A DNA stretch of 64,000 nt, from assembly GCF_000143415.4 (NCBI RefSeq), contig NW_003314359.1:525250-589249 (forward strand). Direction: 5' to 3'. Below are positions 1 through 12,911 of this stretch, piece by piece (the stretch's first letter is position 1; the number at the start of each line of letters is the position of its first letter). The stretch is from Selaginella moellendorffii (taxonomy: Eukaryota; Plantae; Lycopodiophyta). Both the position numbers and the translations under genes were made by a program. The notes beneath the pieces were generated by a model that was given only the letters and a program-made list of their open reading frames with translations, had not been told where the DNA came from and did not search any database.

Positions 1-13
1 AAAATCATTTTAC

Positions 14-1095
14 CTGTAGCTGGTCTCCCACGTTTACAACGAAGGCACCGGGGAGTGGCTTGACAGGAATCCATTGACCGTCGTTGAGCACTTGGAGGCC
101 CGAGGTTGCGTCCTGGAGCAGAATTGTGATCCCTCCCACGTCGGAATGGCTGCTCAGGCCGAGAGCCAGCGCCGGGTCGGGACAAGGCGGATAGTAATTG
201 AGCAGGAGGAAGCGCTCGTTTGGTGTGCCGAATGCCGCGTCCAGGAACTCGGGAGAGAGGCCGAGGCTTTCCGAGAGAGCCCGCAATAGTGACTTGCAGA
301 GAGAGCCCACTGCCTCGCTGTAGTTAACTGCAGTTTCCCTGGATGTGCAGACAGAAACAGAGTAAGCCTTGGAGCTTTTGTAGAAATGGAGAGAAGCAAA
401 ACGGAGGAAAGTGTGGGTGGAGTGAGTGGCTTGCCTGTAGGAGGGAGGATTCGCCGGCCACGACGAGACGTTTTCTTCCGAGAGAGGATTGCAGGAGTGG
501 CGGAGGTAGTCGCGCCAGTCGAAGGTTTTGTCCTCGTAAGGATTGAAGCTCGTCCCGTACATTGTCATCTTGGAAGACATGCTGGTGGCGTGATACGCCA
601 TCTTCTCCTCCACCGGCAATTCAAAGAACTCATAGGCCACTTCTTTCATCTTCTCCGTCGTCGCCACCGGGACTCCGTGATTTGTCACCTGAGAAACAGA
701 CAAAAGGTGATTTTGGAGGAAGAGTTAGATCGGCGGACTGAAAACAACACATGTATATCCTAGCTGGAAGAAACATACAAAACTTTAGATCGCAGACAGC
801 AAGAAAAAACAAGCCTTGGAAGAAAGATCCAAACCTGGAAAAATCCCCACTTTTGGCAGGCTTGTCCGATAGCCGCGATGGCCTTGGGCCTGTTGCCACT
901 GTTGCTGAGTTCCCGGAGGTCGATCACTGGAATGTCTTGTGTGTCGGGGCAAACTTTGGACTTGCACAAGCGCTGGTGCTCGGGCTGGATATAAATATCC
1001 GGGACGATATCCATACCACCATCCACCAGCACCTTAACACCTCTCAGATATGGACGCTTGTGCTCTACTGTACTGCTCGCGCTCAAAACTCCCAT
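14..1095 (-). CDS. 2-oxoglutarate/Fe(II)-dependent dioxygenase (plant DOXC class, DMR6/F3H-like); 3' end runs off the window
   Basis: Exons 1095-835, 688-435, 338-14. DIOX_N motifs IPVIDL and WGFFQVTNHGV, DWRD, NYYPPCP, HxD (HSDVG), GLQV, FVVNVGDQLQ. Confidence 0.92.
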
Positions 1096-1414
1096 GGCTA
1101 GCCTCTTTTACCCTTAACCCTCAACTTCACACACTCATGCAAGGCTTTGCTCGAACTGCATTTCTGCTTTATAGGCAGGAGAGGCAGGACAAGTCAAAGT
1201 ATCAGGCCGTATGTCATGTACAGGGAGACGTAAAATAAGCGTATAGATATCACTAGAACGTAGAAAACACATAAAAGGAAGAAACTAAATGCATTTGGTA
1301 AGAAAGAGAGCGGGCTTACACTGACATGTTGATATCCCCTCTCCTTCTCGCCGCAGAAAAGCTATCTTGCGTGGTCTTCTGTGAGCCAGTAGTACACAAT
1401 CCTGAAAAAAATAC

Positions 1415-1440
1415 AGAGAGAGAGAGGGAGAGAGGGAGGG

Positions 1441-1471
<31 letters not shown>

Positions 1472-1476
1472 AGGGG
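1415..1476. repeat. GA/GAGG-rich microsatellite
   Basis: Imperfect (GA)n run read directly. Confidence 0.9.
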
Positions 1477-2049
1477 ATTAGTTTAATTCTTCGAGGCAAG
1501 AGAAGAGTGATCTACTTAAAACTCCACTTTCTGTAATCAGCTGTCAGCTCCTCCGGAATCCATGAGATCACCGCTGAGGCAGTGCATGACCCCACCCTGT
1601 GAGATCATCCTTGAAAGACCATCCGCTCGCTCTACACCGTCCAATTGTCTTTCTGGAAAACGAGCAGCGAGAGGATTGGTCTCTCCCGCGAAGAAAATGC
1701 GGCACATAGAAAAAGCCTCGACACTTGAATTTCAAAACCCGGAGAGCGTCCCACCTTTTCTCCATCGATGTAGAAAGGACTGCCTTGACAATGCCGTGCC
1801 AACCATCCTTAAAAACCCGAGACCCCCGAGCTCTCCATTCCAACTAAACTTCCAAAGCTTGCTTCTTCTTCCTTGTTGCTACTATGTCTTTTTCACCAGA
1901 TCAGCCCCGCTGACAAACTGGGCAACCATGGATATGACTCGGATTGAAGCTCCCATCAATGGAGCATCAGAGAATGGAACTGCGGCCATGGAAGTGGCCT
2001 CCTCCTTCCTCCCGTCTCCTTCATCACCCTGTTTTTCTTCTCCGGCAAG

Positions 2050-3023
2050 TGGGTGTGACTGATAACGATGAAACACGAGGGAACTTAAAGACGAATCAGG
2101 CCATGGCAGTGTCATCAAGGGGGTGGTGAATGGTGGAGGGGAAGCAGCAGCAGTAATAGCAGGAAAAGTGGAAGGCGGATATTTTTCCGCACATTGTTGT
2201 AATTGTCATCCACAGCCACTTGCTCCATCCCTTTTCGAGCGGTGGTGGTGGTCTGCATGTCAACTTCATCTTCTGGGGATGCGCTCGTCATCTTCCGAGC
2301 AGCCGGAGCCAATCCGATTGATCCGACACTGTGGCCATTTGTCAGCTGACTGATAACCAAGCTTTGGTCGTTCAACTGCAAAAGAAAACAGAAAGCATGA
2401 CACGAAAAACAACTTACCTACAGAATCGAAGAAAAAAGAACAAGAGACTTTTCTCGCAGGCCTTTGAAGTTAGCTTGCCATTCTCGGCAACGAGATTCTC
2501 CAGCACCGAAGCCGCTGCTGCTTGCTGGAGTTTTAAATCATCCACCACTGTAGGCTCCTCCTCACAAATGCCGTCCTGGATTGAAAGTCTTGATACACAG
2601 AATCCATCACATTTTTTATGCCAACCTGGGCGTGATCATTTCGATGAGCGCGAGCTTCCAGGTCCAGCAAGCGAGCAGCAACATTGTCTCTTTCCTGTAT
2701 CAAACTATCCACGCGACCTTGCAAGAACTCAATCTTGCATGGCATCCGAGACATATAAAAGAGAGAAAGGACAAATAGACTCCATATCTTTGTGACGAGG
2801 CCTTGGATCTCTCCTCGAATGGCCTGCATTTCTTGCTGCCAACCATTCTACTAGCACACAGGTGTCGTCGATCCAGGCGCGCCTCCTGGATATTAGCTTG
2901 TTTGAGCTCATCAACGCCCGACAGATCGATCTCATGGCCTGGCTCCTTCTGCACCAGATCCTCGTTAGCATTGCCAGATTTGCCCCCCTGTCTCTCTTTC
3001 TTCCATGTATCTAGCTCTAGCAT
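2050..3023 (-). pseudogene. Degenerate coiled-coil gene fragment (weak resemblance to the C-terminus of TNO1-like golgins)
   Basis: Heptad-like segments (LQGRVDSLIQERDNVAARLLDLEARA) in shifting frames, a GTAAGT..TTGCAG intron near 2376-2418, and RKGMEQVAVD..DDTA/HG-like remnants. No continuous ORF. Confidence 0.3.
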
Positions 3024-4398
3024 CGTTTAAATGGAAACATATACTATGTTCATTATGATATTAAATTTATTTACCTAGATAAACTAAATTATAAGCGCCT
3101 GGAATTAGTATTAGTTTCATTAGTATAGATCTTAATTATTTCTCTTCTATTTCTAAACAGGAAAGATGAATCTTCCACCACCGAAATCCAACAAGCATAA
3201 AAATTACAATATAATAGTTGAATATAATAATCCTCTAAACTCTAGCTAGTTGGCGAATGAAAATCTTTGTGGATTTCTCAGCTGGGTTGTATGATAGAGC
3301 AGATATTCTCTGCTTTCTTGTGCGGAACTTTACTGTAAATCCTTGAAATTAGGCATATATAAAAATCCTTTCACCACCGACCTCTGCGTTGCAGCAGCAG
3401 CAGATAAGCTCCACTCCCAAGGCTTCCACTCCACTGAAGGCCTTGCATTGTAGTGGAGAGTAGTGCGTGGCAATGTCTCTCAGCGTGGGGGAGCTGACAC
3501 AGTCTTTCTTGGCTGCCTACAGATTGACACTTAGGCCGCGTTGTCATCGCCTTGAGCCATTGTCATGCTAGCTCTTTTCCAGCTAGTCTCTTAGCCATTT
3601 ATCACTTTATGGCTGCATGGAAACTCTGTGCGCTTATCAGTACGAAGAACTTGACGAGCGAACCAGCCTTTTTCATGCGCCACGAGTGCCTGTTGAGTTC
3701 TTCTGGCCATGATGTACGGGTATGACTTCCTAGTGCTTGTGCACTTTCTCGCGATGCGTGATTCCAGGTAGCAAAGAGGGAGGAAAGATTAATCTATACG
3801 GGAGGAAGATCGCTGCAGCATTGCGGGGATAGATCCCTAGCGGGCAGCAGCTGCGGCTGGATTTTGCCATGAGCAGCGTCAGAGGAGGTATCAATAGTAC
3901 TCTCACTTGGTGCTTTAATTCTATCCAATTTTCCCATTGTTGTACTTTGGAAAGCTCTAGCTGGTGTTGCTCTCTCCTTCTTCACCAAGGAAGCTCTAGA
4001 TGATAACTAGAACAGCTATAGCCAAGCCAGCTCAAAAGAAATCGCCTACTAACATATTATTTATTATTATGTCATTTATCTAAATGTGATCTTTTTCTCA
4101 TGTTATTTTTATTAACTTATGTTATTTTTTTGGGACTAACATTTCAGACATTGGTTTTGGTATAATAATTTGTTGAGGAACTTCATGAGCATTCTTTTGC
4201 ACCATTTTTTAATACTTCCTCACTTAATATTTTTTAAATATATGTAATATTGCATTACTTATATCTAAATGTTTATTTTTTGTGAATTCTTAATTTTTAT
4301 GAAGATTTTTCATTTCTGCTGGTTGGGGATGGCTTTTCCAGATTCATACTCTTGGATGACCTGAGGCTTCTCGTTGATTTATACATTATTAAAAAATA

Positions 4399-4402
<4 letters not shown>

Positions 4403-4472
<70 letters not shown>
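4403..4472. repeat. (AT)n microsatellite
   Basis: About 35 perfect TA units. Confidence 0.97.
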
Positions 4473-4475
<3 letters not shown>

Positions 4476-4694
4476 CTTATTATATCTGTTATTAAAAATT
4501 ATGAATCACTCTGTGAGGTACAACACATGTACTTCGGGTGGAGGTTGTCCCAAAACATTGAATTATACTATAAGATATATGAATTTCAAATATATATGTG
4601 CTTCAATTGTTTAATGACTCACAAAAACATGTTTAGATATGGTTTTTTTTTTCAAGAATGTATGAATTCTTAATATGCCATAATCATACTAGCA

Positions 4695-5290
4695 GGATTG
4701 AGCTTTTTGAATCTTGCCCCAAATTCTCTAACAAGGAGGATAGATCTTTACACATTGCTAGGTGCAGCTCAAGAAGCTCAACCTCTCCACAAATTTCTTA
4801 TTGAGTTTTGACTAGCAACTATATACTAGGCAAGATCATTGTTTAGAGGAGCTTGTTCGCCTCTCCAGCCACATCCTTCCATTAATTTTCTCCCTAACAG
4901 CATTGTGGCAACTGGATTTGAGCAGCAATCTTTTGTCCAGCCACATTCTTAGTGAGGCTTAATTGTTCAGAAGGTCAAGGATCTAGAGTGAGTGTGGGTG
5001 CTCACTCTAGATCCTTGACTTTGTAAACAATTCCCTCTTCAGTGAGATCCCAACCAGCATCGGTAATCTCTCCAACCTCACTGAGCTCTTGCTCGGCCTT
5101 AACACTACACTACTTAGGTCCTTGGTTGACAGTGTGCTATGGTAGTGTGGCAATCTCACAAAGCTTGACATCATTGGCAATTGGCTCACAAGTGAAATCC
5201 TGAGCTACCTTGCAGATCTCCCCAAGTTTATGATCTTAGACATCAGCATGAAGTTCTCTGTGGGATCCATCCTTGACAAACTGTGGCATG
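4695..5290 (+). pseudogene. Plant extracellular LRR (RLK/RLP) pseudogene fragment
   Basis: Broken frames translate to LSFLNLAPNSLT, ILDFVNNSLFSEIPTSIGNLSNLTELLL and GNLTKLDIIGNWLTSEILSYLADLPKFMILDIS, matching the plant LxxLxLxxNxLxGxIP consensus, with stops and frameshifts. Confidence 0.75.
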
Positions 5291-5955
5291 TGACATATGA
5301 CTTGTATTATAATATTTATATGGGACATCCCACATTCATGAGTGCACAGGTGCACAGACACTTCATCCACATGTGCAGCAATGTCATGTCCTCTTTTTTG
5401 CGTGATTCAATTTTTATGGAAATGTAAAGCATTATAAAATCTTGTTGTGAGTGATTAGTGATTGATTTTTGTATGGTTTTCTTGGCTCCTCGAGATTTTG
5501 GGGTACTTAACACTGGAAATACAAACTGATTGTACAATTATGTTTAAATTGCTATATAATAATTTCATGTGCAATTCAAAAAAATAAATAAATTGTGCAT
5601 GAGTTATACTATCAGATATTATTTATCATAGTTATGTCTTATTGAATGATGTTTGTATAATTTCTGTTTTGTTTTTTAAAAATTCTTTGGTACCTTACGA
5701 TAGATTGAGAAATATCCTAGAATATATTCCTAATTAAAACTTTTGTTAATAGCCTTATAAAGTAATTGTCTTGGAATTTAAAATAGTAAAATTGGTCAGA
5801 CGTGACGACCAACGAACCTTCCATTGAACTTTGGCAACCAGAAAAGACAAAATACACATTGATTTTGCTATTCAACATTGTAGGCTTGTACTTACTCGGC
5901 TTTCAAATTCTCCCTAGGAGTGCCACACGCGAAAAGCAACACCGTATTCCTTGGC

Positions 5956-5963
5956 ATATATAA
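5956..5963 (+). promoter_or_regulatory. TATA box of germin-like gene
   Basis: ATATATAA about 90 nt upstream of the ATG at 6048. Confidence 0.6.
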
Positions 5964-6047
5964 TCCCACAAATCTCCCCAGCACCAATCCATTCCATCTC
6001 ATTCATTCGATCAAAGCAATACAAGAGCTTGTGTGTCTATCGTAGCC

Positions 6048-6695
6048 ATGGCTGTATCTAAATCCATAATCTTCGTGTTCTTCACATTCTTGGCCGTTTC
6101 CTTGGTTTCATCTGACCCAGATCCACTTCAAGACTTTTGCATTGGAGATCTAAGCGCCAGGCCGAGCATCAATGGCTTCCCATGCAGGAACGCGTCGCTC
6201 GTCACGGTGGACGACTTCATCTACAGCGGGCTCGTGAACTCCTCCAACACCACAAACATTGATCGCGCTGGCGCGACCTTTGGAACAGCACTGAGATTTC
6301 CGGGCCTCAACACTCTGGGACTCTCCATCGCCAGGCTCGATTTCCTTCCCGAGGGGATCATCCCTCCACACACCCATCCCAGAGCCTCGGAGATGGTGTA
6401 CGTCGAGGAGGGGAGCGTCTACGCCGCCATTGTCACCGCGGACAACCGCTTGTTCGCTCGTGTGATGAGCAGGGGCGAGGTGATGGTGATCCCGCGCGGA
6501 TTGATCCACTGGCAGATGAATGTCGGCCGGACGAACGCCAAGATCATCGCCACACTCAACTCCCAGTTCCCCGGAATCCAGTTTGTGGCGAGGTCCATGT
6601 TTGGGTCGCGGCCGGCGGTCCCTGACGAGGTGCTCGAGAAGACTTTCTTCTTGGACGCGGCTGCAATCGATCAAGTCCGATCCAACTTCTTGTGA
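6048..6695 (+). CDS. Germin-like protein (cupin), secreted, intronless
   Basis: Signal peptide, DPDPLQDFC, PGLNTLG, germin box GIIPPHTHPRASE and VIPRGLIHWQMNVG; Mn ligands His/His/Glu/His intact. Confidence 0.96.
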   Translation: MAVSKSIIFVFFTFLAVSLVSSDPDPLQDFCIGDLSARPSINGFPCRNASLVTVDDFIYSGLVNSSNTTNIDRAGATFGTALRFPGLNTLGLSIARLDFLPEGIIPPHTHPRASEMVYVEEGSVYAAIVTADNRLFARVMSRGEVMVIPRGLIHWQMNVGRTNAKIIATLNSQFPGIQFVARSMFGSRPAVPDEVLEKTFFLDAAAIDQVRSNFL

Positions 6696-7575
6696 TCCAA
6701 CATTTTCTTGTTCTTTGTTCCGATATTCTTTTCGAAAACAATAAGAGATTGATTTAGGGTTCCTGGCCAGGGAGCTTTATCGTCTAAGAAGCAAGCCTTA
6801 GGGCCAATCGGCCACAACTGCTACGCGGCTAACAACGAAGGTAGTAGAAGAAAATTTCTCTCATTTTTTAATTTCCAGAAGCGGCGGGGAGTCGCATACG
6901 GATCATTTTCTTCTGAATGATTGTTTCTGATTCTTTTTCTTCCATTTATTTTGTGAATTTTGGCAAGAAGATGCTGTTGACATGAACTGGGATGTTCGCC
7001 AGTGAGCCCCACGCACTTGGGTGGGAAATTTAGCAATCATGATGTGTGGTTTCTGGTCTACTTACGAAACCATCGCCTCTGGGTGATACTGGATTCGGCA
7101 AGAATTTGAAAATGTCCAGGATAACAACGTTTCTGGCATATCATTCTGCAACCCCAATGATTTGTGATTCCTTTTGTGACTTAATTCTTCCCTTTTGTCT
7201 ATAAAAGTCCGTTGAAGAACTCGATTGAGAATCAGTGGAGCAAAGTGGATGCCACATTGTATCTATACTATAGACGGCGCCCTGGATAAGGTATGAAGCA
7301 AGTGTATCCTCAAACAAAGCTAATGTACTTATTAAATGTTTATGTTTTGATTACATCCAATTTTGCTAAGAGCTTCCTTCCAGGCTTGGAGACGTTTTAT
7401 TACACCAGAAGTTCAAGGAACGATTTTCAAGCAGGCAAGTTCCACTGTGTGTCGGTAGTTTGCTATTTAATGAGCTTTTGCAATCACAGGAAACCATGCG
7501 TTCTCAAGTGGAATATCCGAACGCGTTGGGCAACGCGTGAGCGACATTTATGTTGAAGTAAGGCGACGAGATAGC

Positions 7576-8909
7576 ATGTCTTCCAGGGTATCATCAGAAG
7601 AGGGAGCTATGGAAGGACTTCTCAAGGGACTTATCAACATTGGCATTGAAGCAGTGCAAGATTTTGCCGCTGGAAACCAAAATGCGGACAATTCGCAGTC
7701 AAACGATCCAGATTCGAGAAAGGAGGAAGAGGCGCAACCGAGATCCAGGTGGGATAAGCACCCTCATACCAAGCATCAGCAGGTGAGATTTATCTTTAGA
7801 CTACATAGATCTAGCGAGTGCTCTTCTCTTCTTTTCGTTTCCAGGCACCAGATGAATACAAGCAAGCTTTCAAGAGGAATGCAAGCGATCAGGACTATTC
7901 CGAAGGTGTAGACTCTTCGTCTATAAACCTCGAACCAACGGACGAGGAACTTAGTGACTACCGCGTTGCTTGCAGCCGGCTTTGGGATCTCGACATCGAC
8001 CGCCTTGTTCCTGGCCGTGACTACGAGATCGACTGCGGAGATGGGAAGAGAGTCTACAGCAAGGAGGATATGGCTTCCAACGAGCTCTTCAGATTTGTCA
8101 GCCAGGACGTTTTCAAAAGTCCAACTTACGCCAGGTTCTACGCGCTGCTGGACAACTATCACGCAGATCAGGATGTTGCAGAGGAGTTCTCGTCGAGGGA
8201 AGAGCAAGAACAGATAGCTTTCGTGGAAGAGATAAGCAGGACGGCTCCAATCCAGTACCTGTTCAAGTACCTGGTTGCAAGCCGGGCCATCCAGTCGGAC
8301 AACTGGGAGGAGTTCAAGCGGATGCTCCAGCGGCTATGGTTCGATCTCTACAGGCGAGATAACACGAGAAACTCCTCTTCGGCGTTTGAGCACGTTTTTG
8401 TGGGAGAGATCAAAGACCGGGAGAACAACGATGAAGAAGTCTCCGGCCTCCACAACTGGATCCAGGTAGGCATTGTTCTTCTCAACTTCGTGACGGTCGT
8501 GATGGCTTTTTTTCCTCTCCTTGTAGTTCTACATTGAAGAAGCAAAGGGGAGCCTGGATTATCAAGGCTATATACTACCAAGGAGGCGCGGTGGTGACGA
8601 GGTAGAAAATGGTCCCAGAGTGTTCTTGTTTTAACAAACATCTCCACCTTTCTTTTTTTTGGAATTGTGCAGCCTGACTCGCATACCCGACTTGTCACAG
8701 TCCAGTTCACTTGGAATGGTGCTCGCAAGCCAGCGTCAAGCTCTTTCATTGGAGTGAGTCCCGAGTTTGAGCTAGCGCTCTATACTCTTTGCTTCTTCTG
8801 TGGTGACGAAGACAATCATTTGGTTCTGGGATCCTATGCTGTAAACGTGAAGTGCTACAGGTATGGAAGAAATCGAATTGGTTCAGTATTTCCTATAGCT
8901 GAGGAATGA
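7576..8909 (+). CDS. Poly(U)-specific endoribonuclease, EndoU/XendoU family
   Basis: Exons 7576(or 7609)-7782, 7845-8465, 8527-8601, 8673-8909, all GT-AG. Motifs SSSAFEHVFVGEIK, GLHNWIQFYIEE, LDYQGY, FIGVSPEFELALYTLCF. Confidence 0.93.
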
Positions 8910-8959
8910 AAAGTTTCGTTTCTAAGTTTCTTCACACTTTTCTTTTTCGCGAGAAAAGA

Positions 8960-9610
8960 TCAATCTCTTATTGTTTTTGAAAAAAGAATAATTGAAAGAA
9001 ATAATTATTGTTGGCTCGTACAAAGTTGGATCGGACTTGATCGATCGCAACCGCGTCCAAGAAGGAAGTCTTATCGAGCACCTCGTCAGGAACTGCCGGC
9101 CGCAACCCAAACATGGACCTCGCCGAGTTGAGAGTGGCGATGGTCTTGGCATTTGTCCAGCCGACATTTATCTGCCAGTGGATCAATCTGTGCAGGATCA
9201 CCATCACCTCGCCCCTGTTCATCACCACTTCATCACACTAGCGAACAACGGTTGTCCGCGGTGACAATGGCGTCGTAGACGCTCCCCTCCTCGACGTACA
9301 CCATCTCCGAGGCTCTGGGATGGGTGTGTGGAGCCTGGAGGGGATGATCCCCTCGGGAAGGAAATCGAGATGCAGAGTATTGAGGCCGGGATGTGCGAAA
9401 GGAAGATCGCGCCGGAGCGATCCATGTTTGTGGTGTTGGAGGAGTTCACGAGAGATGAAGTCGATGCTCGTGGCGAAGAATATAATTTTGGATACAGCCA
9501 TATCGTTTGGCTACGATAGGGATAGAATTGATCACACAGGCTTTGATTGAATGAATGAGATGGAATGGAGTGGTGCTTGGGAGATTAGTTCTTTATACAT
9601 ACCAAGGAGT
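8960..9610 (-). pseudogene. Inverted germin-like pseudogene (copy of 5945-6755 including promoter and 3' UTR)
   Basis: MAVSKII.., NSSNTTN, PGLNTL, ARSMFGLRPAVPDEVL in several frames with deletions (QDFC region lost) and frameshifts. Upstream CCATTCCATCTCATTCATTC(A/G)ATCAAAGC is shared with the intact gene. Confidence 0.93.
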
Positions 9611-10049
9611 TTCGTAGAAGAGTTCAAAGTTAATTTTGTCTCTTCTTGGTTCTTTATACCTTAAAATAAATTGGTGTGTTCAACATTTATTTTATGAGTT
9701 AAAACATCTTAGTCAGCCAACATTTTTATTCGACAGAATCTATTGAAAATAAAATTTGTATGTTAAAATGCTTAAGACTATAAAAAAAAAGTTTGTGTTG
9801 CATGTTGATTTCACATGCGTATGAATGCAAAGCAACATAACTCTGGATGCTCACTTATTTTTCATTGGAGACAATGATCTTGCTGATAGATTTTAATTAT
9901 CTTATATTCCCCGATAAGTAGTGTCATAGAAGTACCCATGAAAACAAGTTGGTAAAGCCACGTCAATTTATTTGTCATATTAGCATTTTATTTTTTGTTT
10001 TATAAATTTGATTTATCCACTGATAGCTAAACCAAATATTGTTCCAAAA

Positions 10050-10450
10050 GAGCACTAGCCATGAACCTCCACACACTGGCCACTGCTCACTACCAGCTAT
10101 GCCAATACAGCAACACCATTGCCACATTAGAGCACTTAAATTACAGCTTTTGACATTGCCATGGCAATCAAGTTCTTCACAAAGAACAAAGGTTTGATTC
10201 AGAGGAGTAGAATCCTAAAGTAACAATAAGTGCTTGAAGAGATTATCAACATTTTGATAAAGATTGTGTGATCCTACTGCTAGGCAGTGTGCTTGATACA
10301 ATTGAGCTAAAAACACAGTATAACCTTGAGCAGTAAAGTGTTGTGGCCATGATTGAGGCATTGACTCTTGGGAAGTTTAGGGAGGTGCTTGTCACTTTCA
10401 AGAGTGTGGTGATGAAAGTCAAGGTGGTGTTGCCTCTTGCCTATGTTTTG
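10050..10450 (+). pseudogene. Possible decayed TPR (kinesin-light-chain-related) gene fragment
   Basis: LHTLATAHYQLCQYSNTIATLEH and LGKFREVLVTFKSVVMKV resemble KLCR-type TPR helices; many stops. Confidence 0.3.
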
Positions 10451-11803
10451 CACATTTTTGTATATGTCAAATTTCATGGATCGTGAATTGAATTGAATCA
10501 TTCAAAGTAGATGACATGGTTTCATATATGTAAAAAGTGTTTGTCTTATTCAAATTTTATAATGCACCATTTTGATTAATATTATAGTAATCAATTCTGA
10601 TTTTGTGCATAATATTTTATGTGCAATTGAAAACAAAAAAAAAGGAATCTGCACATATATAAATAAAAGATGCACCCATGTGCAATTACACATTTGTTGC
10701 CATACTTTAGTACTACTCTTGAAACTCCAAAAAGCACTTTTATAGATTTTATACATCAATATGAAATTAAAATGCTTTAGGGTATCATCTCATCTCTTTA
10801 AAAACTGTGATAGAAAAAATAATATAAAAGAACCTATATTACCTAGATATACACACAAATCCAACTGGCAATAAGAAAAGAATTTTTTTCAAACATTGTG
10901 TTCTTGTCATATCCTTGATTTACTTACTGGTGCTAAGGATCTCTATTACTTCATCTGCACTTATGTACTAAATATTCTTAGAATATCTCTAAATTCCATC
11001 TTTTATCTAATTCTTTTATAATCAAGGTTTAATGCTAAAAATTATGTTTATGTTTGTAAATCCAAATTGACTGATAGATGTGCTCAAATGATCTTGCACT
11101 CCTCCACCTTTAGCCAACATTGCTACAAATAGATTTAATCACTGCCATGTGAGGTAAATGTCATACTATGGATTAAAGCATTTTATTTGTAACAACTTTT
11201 CTTTGACTGCAAAGCTCAATAAGTCCAAGCTAGATAATTTGAAGCTAGATTATTTGATCTTGCTGAGATCAATAGAATGCACTGAGGTTTGAAATTTCTT
11301 GTTCTCCCTAATTGTTTACATACTTGTGCTTGAGTGTTCTACAATTAATAACAAATAAAAATTATTATAGCCTAGAATTATTTTTTCAAATAGGAATAGT
11401 TCATCTATTTAGAATACAAATAAATACTAGTGCAATATAATTTTAAAATAAATAATAAAAATAATTAACTACATATAATCTATCCTTTCAAACCATTCTA
11501 ACTTATAAAAAAATTGTTATATCAAAATATCTATAGTATCCTTAATTCTAATGAAAAAGAGAAAATTAATTTCTTGTAGGAACACTTTAAAAAAGGCTTT
11601 TAAGGGTAATAAACATTAATATTGAAAAAAAAGTCGAACCAATTAAAAGTTTTTGGATATGAATTTTAAATAACAAAAATAAATTATATAACAAAACTTG
11701 CTAATCCTCTTAAATTATTTTCAGATAGAAAAAAATAATTAAAAAGGAGAAACAAAACCGAGTTTGAATGTGCATTCAGTTTGGAAGATCAAAGAAGATT
11801 AAA

Positions 11804-12463
11804 TCAAGCAAACACGGATCGGACCTGAGTGATGGTAGTGTTGTCGATAAAAAAGGTCTTTTCTAGCACCTCGTCGGGCACTTGGGGGCTCGATCCAAAC
11901 ATGGACCTCCCTATAAATTGCGTCCCCGCGAGCTGAGAGTTGAGCGCAGCAATGACCTTGGCATTGTTCCTGCCGACATTCATCTGCCAGTGGATCAATC
12001 CACGCGGAATTACCATCACCTCGCCTCTGCTCAGCACCTGTGCAAACAAGCGGTTGTCCGCGGTGACAATGGCGGCGTATACGCTCCCCTCCTCGACGTA
12101 CACCATCTCCGTGGCCCTGGGATGGGTGTGTGGCGCGATAATCCCCTCGGGTAGCAAGTCGAGCCTGGCCATGGAGAGGCCAAGGGTGTTGATCCCGGGG
12201 AACCTCAGCACGGTTCCAAACACTGCGCCCGCGCGATTCATGGCGGTGATGTTGGCCGGATTCACCATTTCCCTGTAGATGAAGTCCTCCACCGTGACGC
12301 TGGACGCGTTCCTGCATGGGAAGCCATTGACGCCCGGTGATGCGGTGAGATCCGCGACGCAAAAGTCTTGGAGTGGATCTGGGTCGGAGACCACTGCGCT
12401 GGCCAAGAATGCGATGATCATGGTGCTCAGAAGCAGGATTGACGAAGCGGGCGCCATGGCCAT
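11804..12463 (-). CDS. Germin-like protein (cupin), secreted, intronless
   Basis: MAMAPASS signal peptide, DPDPLQDFCVAD, GIIAPHTHPRATE, VIPRGLIHWQMNVG; TATAAAA on the minus strand at 12608-12614. Confidence 0.96.
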   Translation of the reverse strand: MAMAPASSILLLSTMIIAFLASAVVSDPDPLQDFCVADLTASPGVNGFPCRNASSVTVEDFIYREMVNPANITAMNRAGAVFGTVLRFPGINTLGLSMARLDLLPEGIIAPHTHPRATEMVYVEEGSVYAAIVTADNRLFAQVLSRGEVMVIPRGLIHWQMNVGRNNAKVIAALNSQLAGTQFIGRSMFGSSPQVPDEVLEKTFFIDNTTITQVRSVFA

Positions 12464-12911
12464 GGATCTAAAACTCGAGCTCCCTGGAACGAGGATTCTC
12501 AAAGCAAGCTCGATAAGCTCTGGAACAATTGGGACGAGATCAAATGATATGAGGATGGATGAATGAAATTGGAAGAATGAATGAAAATTGTGGTGAGAAG
12601 GATAGGCTTTTATACTGAGCAATTGGGATGCTACCATACAACACGCAAGGGAGAAATTCAGTGAAGTGAGCCTACATTTTTGTTTTATCTTGTGTAGCAA
12701 TTTTGAGGAGAACTCTTCTCCTCTGACCATATCACTGTCAAATTTAACTGCATGGAGTCCACACTCTTCAATGACTTTGACATGGTCTTATACACTGTGT
12801 TTGTTTATGTTTGGTCGTTGTTGTCTAATCTCCCTATACAATAGTTAAGATCTGAAATATCTTTTCTAATCAATCTTGTTTTCTTTAATGCCAGAACATC
12901 AAACAATATAG

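Noticed and set aside
3300-3990. Coding-like GC-richer patch
   Set aside because: The frames I read are interrupted and I could not assign a family.
4374-4673. ORF containing a YIYIYI run
   Set aside because: Translation of the (AT)n microsatellite.
12464-12730. 89-codon N-terminal extension of the germin ORF
   Set aside because: It starts at a non-optimal upstream codon, spans the TATA box, and the signal peptide begins at 12463.
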